A stretch of 64,000 bases of DNA from Candidatus Nomurabacteria bacterium (GCA_943356495.1 CALRFF010000002.1:12596-76595); one strand, 5' to 3'; counted from the stretch's first letter, positions 53,621 to 63,420 are shown. Made by a program: numbers and translations. Notes: generated from the letters alone by a model not told the origin.

Positions 53621-54718
53621 ATGAAATTCGAAACCACTACAGACCAATTACTACAAGGAGTTACAACCGCAGCACGGTTTGTAGAACGCCGGGCAAACTT
53701 GCCGGTATTGGCCGCTATACTTATTACCGCCGACGGTAACCGTATTATTTTACGCGCGACCAACCTTGAGTGTGGGGTAGAGATTTCTGTACCAGGTAAG
53801 GTGTCGGTAGATGGGACGGTGGCGGTGCCGGGGGGAGTACTTGCCGGTTTTTTAAGCAATGCGCGCGGCAAGTCAGTGTTGGTGGAACTTAAAGGCGAAC
53901 TATTAAAACTTCATACCGAGCGTGCGGAAGCATCTATTAAAACTATCCCGCATCAGGACTTTCCGGTGCTGCCGCGCGTACCCGCCACTAACTCTTTTGG
54001 GCTTAAGGCCCAGGACTTCGTAAAGGCTATACGGGGGGTTGCGTACTGCGCGTCTATGTCGGCGGTCAAACCCGAGCTCCAAAGTGTGCTTTTATGGGCT
54101 GAGGGGGCAAAATTAACTGCGGTTGCCACAGACTCCTTCCGCCTTGCGGAAAAGACGGTGGCGCTGCGCAAAGGCGGCAGTATTCCGCAGTTGTTGGTGC
54201 CGGCGCGTAACGCGGCCGAGCTTATGCGTATACTCGAAGGTGTCGCCGGTGATGTGGAGATTTACTACAGCGAAAATCAAATTTCTACCCAAACGGACAG
54301 CACCTACTACACCAGCCGCCTGCTCGACGGCGCGTTTCCTAACTACAAACAAATACTGCCTAAAAGCTTTTCGACCGAGGCGGTAGTGTTGCGTGAGGAC
54401 TTTGGCGGGGCGCTTAAATCACTGTCTATTTTTGCGGACAAATTTGCGCAGGTATCTCTTTCTATTGAGCCGGCTAAAAAGGCCATTCTTCTTTCTTCGC
54501 GCAACCCCGACGTGGGCGAGCAGACCAGTACCGTTAAGGCGACTGTCTCGGGCGACGGCGCAGCGATGTCGTTTAACGGTCGCTACTTGGCCGACAGCCT
54601 GCAGTCTATCAACGGCGACTCGGTGCGGCTCTCGAGCAACGGTCCCGGCAAAGCAATGCTTATTAAAGATGCCTCCGACGACTCCTTTTTGTACCTCGCA
54701 ATGCCGATGAACCGCTAA
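53621..54718 (+). CDS. dnaN: DNA polymerase III beta sliding clamp
   Basis: Three-domain clamp, 365 aa, conserved position after dnaA. Confidence 0.85.
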   Translation: MKFETTTDQLLQGVTTAARFVERRANLPVLAAILITADGNRIILRATNLECGVEISVPGKVSVDGTVAVPGGVLAGFLSNARGKSVLVELKGELLKLHTERAEASIKTIPHQDFPVLPRVPATNSFGLKAQDFVKAIRGVAYCASMSAVKPELQSVLLWAEGAKLTAVATDSFRLAEKTVALRKGGSIPQLLVPARNAAELMRILEGVAGDVEIYYSENQISTQTDSTYYTSRLLDGAFPNYKQILPKSFSTEAVVLREDFGGALKSLSIFADKFAQVSLSIEPAKKAILLSSRNPDVGEQTSTVKATVSGDGAAMSFNGRYLADSLQSINGDSVRLSSNGPGKAMLIKDASDDSFLYLAMPMNR

Positions 54719-55251
54719 TGGCACTCTATTTCATTACGGGCAGTAAAAATAAGGTGGCAGAGGTTAAGGCCGTACTTCCCGAGATTGAGCAACTGGAGAT
54801 TGACTTGCCCGAAATACAGGAGCTTGATGCACACAAAATAATCGCAGCCAAGATCTTCGAGGCACGTCGACATCACAGCAACGCGTATATGGTGGAGGAT
54901 ACATCGCTGTATCTGGATGGAATGAACGGTCTACCAGGGCCCCTGAATAAATGGTTTCTTAAATCTATAGGGGAGGCCGGACTCGTTAAGCTCGCACAAA
55001 CTTTTGGTAGTGCAGGCGCGGCGCGCACCATAATCGGGTACGCCGACGAGACGGGCGCGGTAGAATTTTTTGAAGGAGAGACGCGTGGTGTAGTTGTACC
55101 TCCGCAAGGAGTGAGCCATTTTGGGTGGGATGCCATTTTTGTGCCTGAAGGACAGAGTAAATCGTATGCAGAAATGTCGATGGAAGAAAAAAATGCCATT
55201 AGCCACCGCGGCAAAGCACTCAAAAAATTGGCAGAATTTCTAAAGAAGTAA
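54718..55251 (+). CDS. rdgB: Non-canonical purine NTP pyrophosphatase (RdgB/HAM1 family)
   Basis: TGSKNKVAE N-terminus, SHRGKAL C-terminal motif. Confidence 0.8.
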   Translation: MALYFITGSKNKVAEVKAVLPEIEQLEIDLPEIQELDAHKIIAAKIFEARRHHSNAYMVEDTSLYLDGMNGLPGPLNKWFLKSIGEAGLVKLAQTFGSAGAARTIIGYADETGAVEFFEGETRGVVVPPQGVSHFGWDAIFVPEGQSKSYAEMSMEEKNAISHRGKALKKLAEFLKK

Positions 55252-55283
55252 AAAGACTACGATATATCGTAGTCTTTTTATTG
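55251..55283. terminator. Bidirectional rho-independent terminator between rdgB and the convergent PBP gene
   Basis: AAAAGACTACGATAT/ATCGTAGTCTTTTT, 14-bp perfect stem. Confidence 0.85.
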
Positions 55284-55291
55284 TCTCGTTT

Positions 55292-57523
55292 TTATTGAGG
55301 AATAATGGAGCCGCCGCTGGGGGAGAAGGCGGGGTTAAAGCTAGGGGGCACGTAGGGAATAGTCTGCGGCTGGTTGGGGCTCGAAGGGCCAGAATAGCCT
55401 CCTGCAGCGCCGTAGCGCGCTACTACGGGCGGATCCCACAGACGGAACTGGGAGTCCGTATTGGGGTTGCTCGGCGCGGGGCCCAGCGGGTCGGCTTTAT
55501 TAACCCAGTACAAAATTTCGTGTATCTGGCCGTCGCTTCCCGGTACCTGCCACTGGCCGCGCAGCACGGGCTTGAGTTGCGAGGTGTCTGTTTCGGTGCG
55601 GGTAAAGGATTCCGCGGGGACTTTGGTAAGAGCGTAGTTCATAAACTCGCTCCACGCGGGGCCGACGATAAAGCCCGAGACGCGCTTAACCATCGAGCTG
55701 TTGTCGTTGTTGCCCGCCCATACACCGACCGCAAGGTTGGGGGTGTAGCCGACCGTCCATGCGTCGCGGTAGTCGTTGGTGGTACCGGTCTTCATCGCCA
55801 CGTCGCGGCCGGGGAAGGCAAAGAGAGAATTTTCCCCCAGCGGCGCGCGGGCAACAGGGTCGGAGAGTATATCGTTTATGTCTTCTGCGGCATGTTGGGC
55901 AAGCACCTGCGAGCCGATGGCCTCGGTGTTGTCCTCTATGACATGTCCGACCGAGTCCTCTATTTTAAGTACCGCAAGCGAAGGGAAGTGCGTGCCGTTT
56001 TGTGCAAACGCGCCGTAGGCGCTCGTCATTTCAAGCAAGCTCACTTCGCCGCCGCCGAGCACCAATGTTAGGCCGTATTGGTCCGCTTGCCCAAGCGTGG
56101 TAAGTCCCATCGCTTTTGAAAGTTTAAGCACGTCGTTGATGCCGGCAAGGTACAGCACTTTAACCGCGGGTACGTTGATAGACTGCGCCAACGCCTCGCG
56201 CAGGCTCATCGGTCCGCGGAACTGGTTGTCATAGTTGACCGGCGCATAACATCCGGTGTCCGGGTCGGTAGTAAAGTCGTCGGCCTTACAGCCGGTAGAA
56301 AACTGGGTTTGCACGTCAAACACAACGGTGGCCGGGGTGTACCCTTCGCTAAACGCTTGCGCGTAGGCAAAGGGTTTAAAGGCCGAGCCCGGCTGACGCT
56401 CGGCGAGCGCGATATTGTAGTTGCCCTCTATGGCGTCGTCAAAATAGTCGCGCGAGCCCACCATGGCCAATATGTGGCCGGTCTTAGGGTCAATGGCGAC
56501 AAGTCCCATGTTGGTGGCGTTGTATTTGTCGACGTTGGCAAGCGCATTGCGGTTAACTATCTCCTCGGCATGGGTTTGCAGGTCTACATCGAGCGAGGTA
56601 GTTATCTTCCATCCGCCGGCGTCGAGTGCGTCTTGGCCGTACTTGTCTTCGAGGTACTGCTGCACATAAAAGACAAAGTGCGGCGCCACTATCGAGTTTT
56701 TACGCTGCGGCAAAAAGTCCACTGTAGCTACTTTGGCTTCGTCGCGCTGCGTTTCAGTGATGTAGCCATGCTCAAACATTTTGTCGAGCACCAAGTTTTT
56801 GCGCGCGTCGAGCCTGTCTTTGTGGTTGCCGTACGGCGAATAAAAAGTGGGGGCGGGCATCACGGCGGCAAGATAGGCGGCCTCGGCGATAGAAAGGTCG
56901 CTCGCCGCTTTGCCAAAAAAACCTTCCGACGCGGCCTCGGCACCGTACATAGGCCCTCCATAGGGCGCTTGGTTTAAGTATATTTCGAGTATTTGGTCTT
57001 TGGTAAGCGTACGCTCGAGCTTGAGCGCGAGTATCCACTCTTTGAGTTTGCGGGTAATACTTTTATCGTTGGTCAGCAGCGTCAGCTTTACCACCTGCTG
57101 GGTAATAGTGGAACCGCCCTGGTCAAACTTGAGGGTTGTAAGGTCGACAAACAGCGCGCGCATAATACCCATGGGTGAAATACCGCGGTGTTGGTAAAAT
57201 GCCGGGTCTTCAATCGCAATGGTCGCCGCCTGTATGTTGGTGCTTATCTTGGTAAGCGGCACCACGGTGCGATCGACGTTTTGGTTAAGGTCGTACAGCA
57301 GTACCTGCCCGGTGCGGTCAAATATCTGCACCGACTGGTCTATGCGGCGGTTTTCGAGTGCGGAAAGGTCGGGTATTTGGAGCGTGGCGGCCCACAGCAT
57401 GGTGCCCCCTACAAACACCAAACCGGCGCTTATGACCCATATACCGATGAGCCGCCAGTGATGGCGGACAAAGCGCAAACCGTCTTTGAGCCCCCGGCGG
57501 GCCCTAAGGAGAAACCGGTGCAT
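55292..57523 (-). CDS. Class A penicillin-binding protein (glycosyltransferase GT51 + transpeptidase)
   Basis: GT51 motifs (EDPAFYQHRGISPMGI), transpeptidase SxxK/SxN/KTG context; ATG at 57523 (MHRF) has TATACT 6 nt upstream; TTG at 57541 possible. Confidence 0.85.
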   Translation of the reverse strand: MHRFLLRARRGLKDGLRFVRHHWRLIGIWVISAGLVFVGGTMLWAATLQIPDLSALENRRIDQSVQIFDRTGQVLLYDLNQNVDRTVVPLTKISTNIQAATIAIEDPAFYQHRGISPMGIMRALFVDLTTLKFDQGGSTITQQVVKLTLLTNDKSITRKLKEWILALKLERTLTKDQILEIYLNQAPYGGPMYGAEAASEGFFGKAASDLSIAEAAYLAAVMPAPTFYSPYGNHKDRLDARKNLVLDKMFEHGYITETQRDEAKVATVDFLPQRKNSIVAPHFVFYVQQYLEDKYGQDALDAGGWKITTSLDVDLQTHAEEIVNRNALANVDKYNATNMGLVAIDPKTGHILAMVGSRDYFDDAIEGNYNIALAERQPGSAFKPFAYAQAFSEGYTPATVVFDVQTQFSTGCKADDFTTDPDTGCYAPVNYDNQFRGPMSLREALAQSINVPAVKVLYLAGINDVLKLSKAMGLTTLGQADQYGLTLVLGGGEVSLLEMTSAYGAFAQNGTHFPSLAVLKIEDSVGHVIEDNTEAIGSQVLAQHAAEDINDILSDPVARAPLGENSLFAFPGRDVAMKTGTTNDYRDAWTVGYTPNLAVGVWAGNNDNSSMVKRVSGFIVGPAWSEFMNYALTKVPAESFTRTETDTSQLKPVLRGQWQVPGSDGQIHEILYWVNKADPLGPAPSNPNTDSQFRLWDPPVVARYGAAGGYSGPSSPNQPQTIPYVPPSFNPAFSPSGGSIIPQ

Positions 57524-57543
57524 TAGTGTAGTATATAACAAAT

Positions 57544-58731
57544 ATGGGGTTTTTCAGCCGCAAGCCAAAACTCAACACTACGGGCACCTCTATGAAGTTA
57601 TCCGGAATTCTCCGCGAGCGCGGGTATGTACACCAACACTCCGCAGGGCTCGAAGAAATAACCGACGGTGCGCAGCGCACGGTGTACCAAGGTTTTGATC
57701 CTTCGGCGGATTCCTTGCATGTAGGTAATTTGATGGGCTTGTTGGTGATGCGCCGCTTTTTGGAGGCCGGACACAAAGTACTATTTGTATTGGGCGGCGG
57801 CACCGGCATGATAGGGGACCCGTCCGGTAAAAGCGAAGAGCGTGTACTGCTCACACCCGGCCAGGTTGCTCATAACGGCAAGCTCATCGCAAAACAGGCT
57901 GCAGCGTTGCTCGGCTCCGGCGACTTTCGCGTGGTCAACAACGCCGACTGGCTCGGTAAAGCGAACCTGCTTGAGTTTTTGCGCGACGTAGGCAAACACT
58001 TTTCGGTAAACGCAATGATCCAACGCGACTCGGTCAAAGAGCGTCTTGACGGCCGCGAGCAGGGGATCTCATACACCGAGTTTTCCTATATGTTGTTGCA
58101 AGCGTATGACTTCCTGTATCTACACGAGCATTACGGCTGTGATTGGCAACACGGCTCGTCCGACCAATGGGGCAATATTGTCTCCGGTATCGATCTTATC
58201 CGACGCAAAACCGGTAAGACGGCATACGGGACTACCCACGGGCTATTGATAAATAAATCAACCGGAAAAAAGTTTGGTAAAACCGAAGGAGGAGCTGTAT
58301 GGCTTGACCCGACAAAAACGAGCCCGTTTGAGTTTTACCAATTTTGGCTCAACACCAGCGACGCCGACGTGGAGGAGTATCTGCTTAAGATGACGCTGTT
58401 GCCTAAAGCCGACATCGACGCGGTCATGGTGGAGCAAAAAGCCGCCCCTTCCTCGCGCGCTGCGCAAAAAAAGCTGGCCTACGAGGTCACCACTTTGGTG
58501 CATGGGGCCTCAGAGGCGGACAAAGCGCGAGACTTCAAAAATATACCCACCATACTTGCAGGCAAGTTACGCGATGCGATTAAAGATGTTTCGACAAGCG
58601 AATTGCGCCGGTTGGTTGAGCAGGGGGGTGTCTCGATCGAAGGCGGCGAAAAGATAACCACCATCGACGAGCAACTGGTTGCCGGCAGCACGGTGCGCGT
58701 GGGTAAGAAAAAGTTTTACCGGGTCGAATAG
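57544..58731 (+). CDS. tyrS: Tyrosine--tRNA ligase
   Basis: HVGN (HIGH-class), KFGKT (KMSKS), C-terminal S4 domain; TATATA 6 nt upstream of ATG 57544; alternative start 57592. Confidence 0.85.
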   Translation: MGFFSRKPKLNTTGTSMKLSGILRERGYVHQHSAGLEEITDGAQRTVYQGFDPSADSLHVGNLMGLLVMRRFLEAGHKVLFVLGGGTGMIGDPSGKSEERVLLTPGQVAHNGKLIAKQAAALLGSGDFRVVNNADWLGKANLLEFLRDVGKHFSVNAMIQRDSVKERLDGREQGISYTEFSYMLLQAYDFLYLHEHYGCDWQHGSSDQWGNIVSGIDLIRRKTGKTAYGTTHGLLINKSTGKKFGKTEGGAVWLDPTKTSPFEFYQFWLNTSDADVEEYLLKMTLLPKADIDAVMVEQKAAPSSRAAQKKLAYEVTTLVHGASEADKARDFKNIPTILAGKLRDAIKDVSTSELRRLVEQGGVSIEGGEKITTIDEQLVAGSTVRVGKKKFYRVE

Positions 58732-58765
58732 CAAACCCCCGCAGGTGCGGGGGTTTGCTATTTAC
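58731..58765. terminator. Bidirectional rho-independent terminator
   Basis: GCAAACCCCCGCA ggtg CGGGGGTTTGC then TATTT. Confidence 0.85.
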
Positions 58766-58942
58766 AACTCTTCTTCCTCTTCGACTGCGGGGACTTCCGT
58801 CTCCTCAGCTTCTTCCTCTTCGCTAAGGCCGTCTTCGTCCAGTTCCGGCTCGTCGAGCAAGAACTCCTCTAACTCGTCCATGGTTTTGCGCTGGTTACTT
58901 ACTAATTTTTTTAAAGGGACAAACACCAGAAGTTATATCAAC

Positions 58943-59425
58943 TTATCGGCGCGACGCAAGGCAGGTAATCCCCACGGCAATAGCATCAAGCTCGTCGTCA
59001 AGCCGGGGGCGCTTGGGCAGCTCGATAAGTTTAGGCACCATAAGCGCAATGGCGGCCTTGCTGCTGCCTCCGTGGCCGGTCACCGCCACCTTAACTTCGC
59101 TCGGGGTGTACTGGTAGACCTCGAGCCCGCGTGTTGCGGCCAGATAGGTTAAGACTCCGCGTACCTCGGCTACTTGCATAGCGGTCTTTGCGTTCTTTTC
59201 AAAAAAGACTTCCTCAAGCGCTACGGCTCCGGGCTGCCACTCCTGTATAAGCGCTTCGGCGGCGGCGCCCACTAACTTCAGACGTTCGTGAAAAGGAAGG
59301 TCGGCGGGCGTGCGCACACACTCGGAGTGCAGCAGCACCTCTTTACCTTTTTGCTTTTCGAGCACGGCCGCACCTAGGCGCTCGTAGCCGGGGTCAAATG
59401 CGAGTACTCGGGTGTTACGCGGCAT
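58943..59425 (-). CDS. ruvC: Holliday junction resolvase RuvC
   Basis: VLAFDPGYERLGAAV.. catalytic Asp, 160 aa. Confidence 0.85.
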   Translation of the reverse strand: MPRNTRVLAFDPGYERLGAAVLEKQKGKEVLLHSECVRTPADLPFHERLKLVGAAAEALIQEWQPGAVALEEVFFEKNAKTAMQVAEVRGVLTYLAATRGLEVYQYTPSEVKVAVTGHGGSSKAAIALMVPKLIELPKRPRLDDELDAIAVGITCLASRR

Positions 59426-59945
59426 TGGTGTAAATGTCGTTTACATCGTCGTGGTCCTCCAGCGCATCGCTTAGCTCCGCCATTTTTTGGGCATCTTCGT
59501 CGCTCAACTCAATAGGGGAGAGCGCCTCGAGTTTGCCCTCCGTGTTTTTAGTAAACGCCCACATAGCGGCACCGGGGTTGGCAAGCGAACCGCCGTGAAG
59601 CGAGAGAAGATGCTTCAATTCTTGCACCGTGCGGTTGCGGCTGTCGGTGTAGCCCTCTATCACCAACGCGCAGCCGCCGGGACCGTAAGCCTCGTATACT
59701 ACCTGCTCGACCGCGGCGCCCTCGCCCGAGCCTTTGGCTAGCGCGCGTTCTATATTGTCGGCGGGCATGTTGGCGGCCTTGGCTTTCTCTACCGCGGTGC
59801 GCACTCCGGCGGCATTGCGGTCGCCTTTGGATTTTTTTATCTCGATGGTGATAAACCGCACGAGCTTGCTAAAGGTTTTTGCCTTTTGGGCGTCGGTCTT
59901 GCCTTTAACGTGCTTGAGCTTGGCCCATTTGCTATGTCCTGCCAT
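59415..59945 (-). CDS. YebC/PmpR-family protein (short form)
   Basis: MAGHSKWAKLKHVKG N-terminus diagnostic for YebC family; 176 aa. Confidence 0.8.
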   Translation of the reverse strand: MAGHSKWAKLKHVKGKTDAQKAKTFSKLVRFITIEIKKSKGDRNAAGVRTAVEKAKAANMPADNIERALAKGSGEGAAVEQVVYEAYGPGGCALVIEGYTDSRNRTVQELKHLLSLHGGSLANPGAAMWAFTKNTEGKLEALSPIELSDEDAQKMAELSDALEDHDDVNDIYTNAA

Positions 59946-59961
59946 ATCAAAAGAGAATACT

Positions 59962-60963
59962 CTACAAAAGTTTTTGGTTCAAATCTTTGGGGACCTCTTT
60001 ACCTAAATGCTCATACGCGCTTGCGGTGGCGACGCGGCCGCGGGGCGTGCGCTCGATGAGGCCGAGTTGCAAGAGAAACGGCTCGTGCACCTCGGAGATG
60101 GTGGCAGGCTCTTCGGAGAGCGCCGCGGCAAGCGCGTTAACGCCGGCGGGGCCGCCGTTAAAACGCTCTATCAGTACGGCGAGGAGTTTGCGGTCGAGCG
60201 GCGTAAGACCAAGGGCGTCAACCTCGAGCATGCCCAAAGAGTCGTCGACCATTTGTTTAGTAAGCCCCGAACGTTTAAGTTGCGCGTAGTCGCGGGCGCG
60301 CTTAAGCAGATAGTTAGCGGTGCGCGGGGTAGCGCGGGCGCGCTTGGCAATTTCTTGCACGCCGTCTTTGTCTATTTCAACGCCGAGTATGCCGGCCGAG
60401 CGCTTAACAATTTTGGCGATATCATCCTCGCTATAAAACTCGAGCCTAAAGGTGCCGCCGCTAAAACGGCTGCGTAGCGGTGCCGAGAGGTCGGCGACAC
60501 GCGTGGTGGCGGCAATAAGCGTAAACGGCGGCAGGGGCAGTTCAATGGTGCGCGCGCTCGGGCCTTTGCCGATAATAATGTTGAGCATGCCCGACTCCAT
60601 AGCGGGGTAGAGCACCTCTTCGATGCTGCGGGAAAGCCGGTGAATTTCGTCGATAAACAAAATGTCTCCGCTGCCCATGTTGGTAAGGAGGGCGGCCAAG
60701 TCACCGACTTTTTCAATGGCAGGCCCCGAGGTCGAGCGCAGTTGGCCACCCAGTTCGTGAGCTATTAAGTGGGCAAGAGTGGTCTTGCCGAGCCCTGGGG
60801 GGCCGTAAAAAAGGATATGTTCGGGCGGGGAGGAGCGCTCTTTGGCGGCCGAAATAAGGATATGAAGGTTGTTTTTGATGCTTTCCTGCCCCACATACTC
60901 GTCCCACGACGAGGGGCGTAGGGTGGCGTCCAAAAAGACAGGATCTTCGGCAGGGCTTGACAT
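59962..60963 (-). CDS. ruvB: Holliday junction branch-migration helicase RuvB
   Basis: Walker A GPPGLGKTTLA, sensor motifs, C-terminal winged helix. Confidence 0.9.
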   Translation of the reverse strand: MSSPAEDPVFLDATLRPSSWDEYVGQESIKNNLHILISAAKERSSPPEHILFYGPPGLGKTTLAHLIAHELGGQLRSTSGPAIEKVGDLAALLTNMGSGDILFIDEIHRLSRSIEEVLYPAMESGMLNIIIGKGPSARTIELPLPPFTLIAATTRVADLSAPLRSRFSGGTFRLEFYSEDDIAKIVKRSAGILGVEIDKDGVQEIAKRARATPRTANYLLKRARDYAQLKRSGLTKQMVDDSLGMLEVDALGLTPLDRKLLAVLIERFNGGPAGVNALAAALSEEPATISEVHEPFLLQLGLIERTPRGRVATASAYEHLGKEVPKDLNQKLL

Positions 60964-61211
60964 GGAAATGATAGTATGCTAGGCTCTTTAGTAGCAGTGC
61001 TCTCCCACCGGGGGATTTTTTGTTGGGAAGAGTACACCCTCAAGCAATACGACTTAACCGTTTTGACACCGTACCGAGGACGTTCCGGCCTTTTGTTTAT
61101 TCAAACTGCCGCGGGGACTATCCTTATCTACGCCTGTCGCTTCATCGCTTGCGATGATGTGTATTGCTTGGTGGTGTACTCGCCCTAACCCTTTCAACTT
61201 TACACCCCCAG

Positions 61212-61245
61212 AAACCGCACGCAAGATGGCGGTTTTCTGTTTTTA
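61212..61245 (+). terminator. Plus-strand rho-independent terminator closing the ruvB-pilB spacer
   Basis: AAACCGC acgcaagatg GCGGTTT then TCTGTTTTTAT. Confidence 0.5.
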
Positions 61246-61255
61246 TGTCGTCTAT

Positions 61256-62938
61256 TTAGGCCAGCGCGTCGAGGTCTACCACGCGGCGTAGCTCATCAAG
61301 AGAGGTAACCCCGCGCAGAATTTTGATAATCCCGTCTTCCGGCATAGTGGGGATACCCTGCGGGCGGGCCGCCGCTGCCACCTCGCGCTCGCTCGGCTTG
61401 TTGCGCAAAATTTCTTCGATAGCGCGGTCCATAAACACCGCCTCAAAAATACCGATGCGGCCTTTGTACCCGCGCCCGTGGCACGCCTCGCACCCCTGTG
61501 GGTTAGCGTCGTATAGGTTGGCGGTGTCGCCGGGTACCAACGCGCGGTCGACTACATTTTTTAATATGCGGTCGATAAGCGCGCGCTCCTCGGTTGTGGC
61601 GGGGCGTTGTTTTTTACATTTCTCGCACAGTTTGCGGACCAAGCGCTGCGCGAGCGCGACATTGACCGACGAGGACAGCACCTTTTCTGAAACCCCGAGG
61701 TCAATCAGGCGGGGGAAGGAGCCCGCGGCATTGTTGGTGTGGAGCGTCGAGAACACGAGGTGGCCGGTAAGCGCGGCGTTAATCGCCGTTTCGGCCACCT
61801 CGGCGTCGCGGATTTCGCCGACCATGATAATGTCGGGGTCCTGCCGGAGCGCGCTGCGCAAACCGTTGGCGAAGGTGTAGTTTTTTTTATCGACCTGTGT
61901 CTGCACAATGCCCTGCAGGTGGTACTCGATAGGGTCTTCGATGGTAATTATTTTGGTCGAAGGGGAGTTTACTTTGCGCAAAAAAGCGTACAAGGTGGTG
62001 GTTTTACCCGAGCCGGTCGGGCCGGTCGTGAGTATCATGCCGTTAGGCTTGGTAATTTCTTTTTCGATCCGCAGGCGCAGTTTTTCCTCCAACCCCAGCT
62101 GCTCGAGCGGCACTACTATCGACTGCGGGTTAAGGATACGCAGCACCACCGTCTCGGCATAGTTACCGGGGAGCACCGAGGTGCGCAACTCTATCTCGTC
62201 GCCTTTTATTTTTATCGAAAAGCGGCCGTCCTGCGCGTCGCCGTCAACGTTGAGCTTAAGGCCCGACAAGAGCTTAAGGCGGCTGAGCATCAGCTTGTAG
62301 GTGTCGTGGTCGAAGGTGAGTGCGTCGGTAAGCACACCGTCTAAACGGTAGCGCAGACGCACCGCCGCGTCCTCCGGCTCAAAGTGCACATCACTAGCGC
62401 CGGTAGCAAGCCCGCCCGCTAAAATAACTTCCAGTATCCGCGTAATGCGGTATGCACGCTTAAGCTCGACCGCCTCTTGTATAAGTTTTCCTACGTCTTC
62501 GAGCCCGCTCACTTTTGCCAGCAGCTCCTCAAGCTCTTCGTTGGAAAGCTCAAACACCCCCGCCTTGGTTTGTGTGGCGTAGGAAAGGTCGGCATAGCGC
62601 TGATACGCGCGGGCAAGGCTGGCCTGTGAGCACATAAACACCGTTACGGCAAAGCCTTTTTCGGTCAGTTTGGCGACGATTTGTTTGACGGTCGGATGTT
62701 CGGGCGCGCGCGCGGCAAGCGACACGCGTTTGCCCACTTGGCCAAACACCGCCACCTCGGCGGCGCGCGCCTCTTGCTCGCCAAGCAGGCGCAAAGCGTC
62801 GACATTGACCGCCACCAAAGAAAGGTCGACGTACTCGACGCCGTATTTATGCGACAATACCTGCGCCAACTCCTCTTCCTCGCGGCGGCGCAAAAAGTCT
62901 ATGCGTTTCTCCTGCTCTTGGTCGGCAAAAACTACCAT
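61256..62938 (-). CDS. pilB: PilB/GspE-family type IV pilus/secretion assembly ATPase (canonical motifs)
   Basis: Walker A GPTGSGKTT, Asp box, Walker B IIMVGEIRD, His box STLHTNNA, C-terminal tetracysteine CxxC..CxxC. Confidence 0.85.
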   Translation of the reverse strand: MVVFADQEQEKRIDFLRRREEEELAQVLSHKYGVEYVDLSLVAVNVDALRLLGEQEARAAEVAVFGQVGKRVSLAARAPEHPTVKQIVAKLTEKGFAVTVFMCSQASLARAYQRYADLSYATQTKAGVFELSNEELEELLAKVSGLEDVGKLIQEAVELKRAYRITRILEVILAGGLATGASDVHFEPEDAAVRLRYRLDGVLTDALTFDHDTYKLMLSRLKLLSGLKLNVDGDAQDGRFSIKIKGDEIELRTSVLPGNYAETVVLRILNPQSIVVPLEQLGLEEKLRLRIEKEITKPNGMILTTGPTGSGKTTTLYAFLRKVNSPSTKIITIEDPIEYHLQGIVQTQVDKKNYTFANGLRSALRQDPDIIMVGEIRDAEVAETAINAALTGHLVFSTLHTNNAAGSFPRLIDLGVSEKVLSSSVNVALAQRLVRKLCEKCKKQRPATTEERALIDRILKNVVDRALVPGDTANLYDANPQGCEACHGRGYKGRIGIFEAVFMDRAIEEILRNKPSEREVAAAARPQGIPTMPEDGIIKILRGVTSLDELRRVVDLDALA

Positions 62939-62946
62939 AAGGTATA

Positions 62947-63420
62947 TTGTACCGTATGCAGAAAGTGCTTTTAAAAGATCTGTCCGAGTTTGCGGGCAAC
63001 GTACTTGCCACGGTATGGATGGGCGGGCCGCAACACAAAGCTACTATCATCGCTTTGCGCGGCGACTTGGGCGCGGGCAAAACCACCTTTGTGCAGGCGC
63101 TGTGCAAACGGCTTGGTATTACGGCAACCGTGCAAAGCCCGACCTATGTGTTAATGAAAAGCTACCCGCTTGAGGGTCCGACCACGACATTCGGCGCGCC
63201 GCGCCGCTTTAACCGCGTTGTGCACATAGATGCGTACCGGCTTGAGAAGCCTCAAGAATTCTCCGCGCTCAAACCCGAGCAGTTTTTGCAAGACCCGAGC
63301 GCTCTGGTGTTGGTCGAGTGGCCTGAAAAGCTCGGCACCCTGTTGCCCAAGCCTACTCTGACGGTCGTTTTTTCGGCAGAGGCGGCGGGGGAGGGAGAGA
63401 GGTATATTGAGGTGATATGA
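62947..63420 (+). CDS. tsaE: tRNA threonylcarbamoyladenosine biosynthesis ATPase TsaE
   Basis: P-loop GDLGAGKTTF, 157 aa. Confidence 0.8.
   Translation: MYRMQKVLLKDLSEFAGNVLATVWMGGPQHKATIIALRGDLGAGKTTFVQALCKRLGITATVQSPTYVLMKSYPLEGPTTTFGAPRRFNRVVHIDAYRLEKPQEFSALKPEQFLQDPSALVLVEWPEKLGTLLPKPTLTVVFSAEAAGEGERYIEVI

Noticed and set aside
55295-57526. Several plus-strand ORFs (258, 222 and 112 aa) inside the PBP1A gene
   Set aside because: Antisense to a full-length class A PBP with both catalytic domains.
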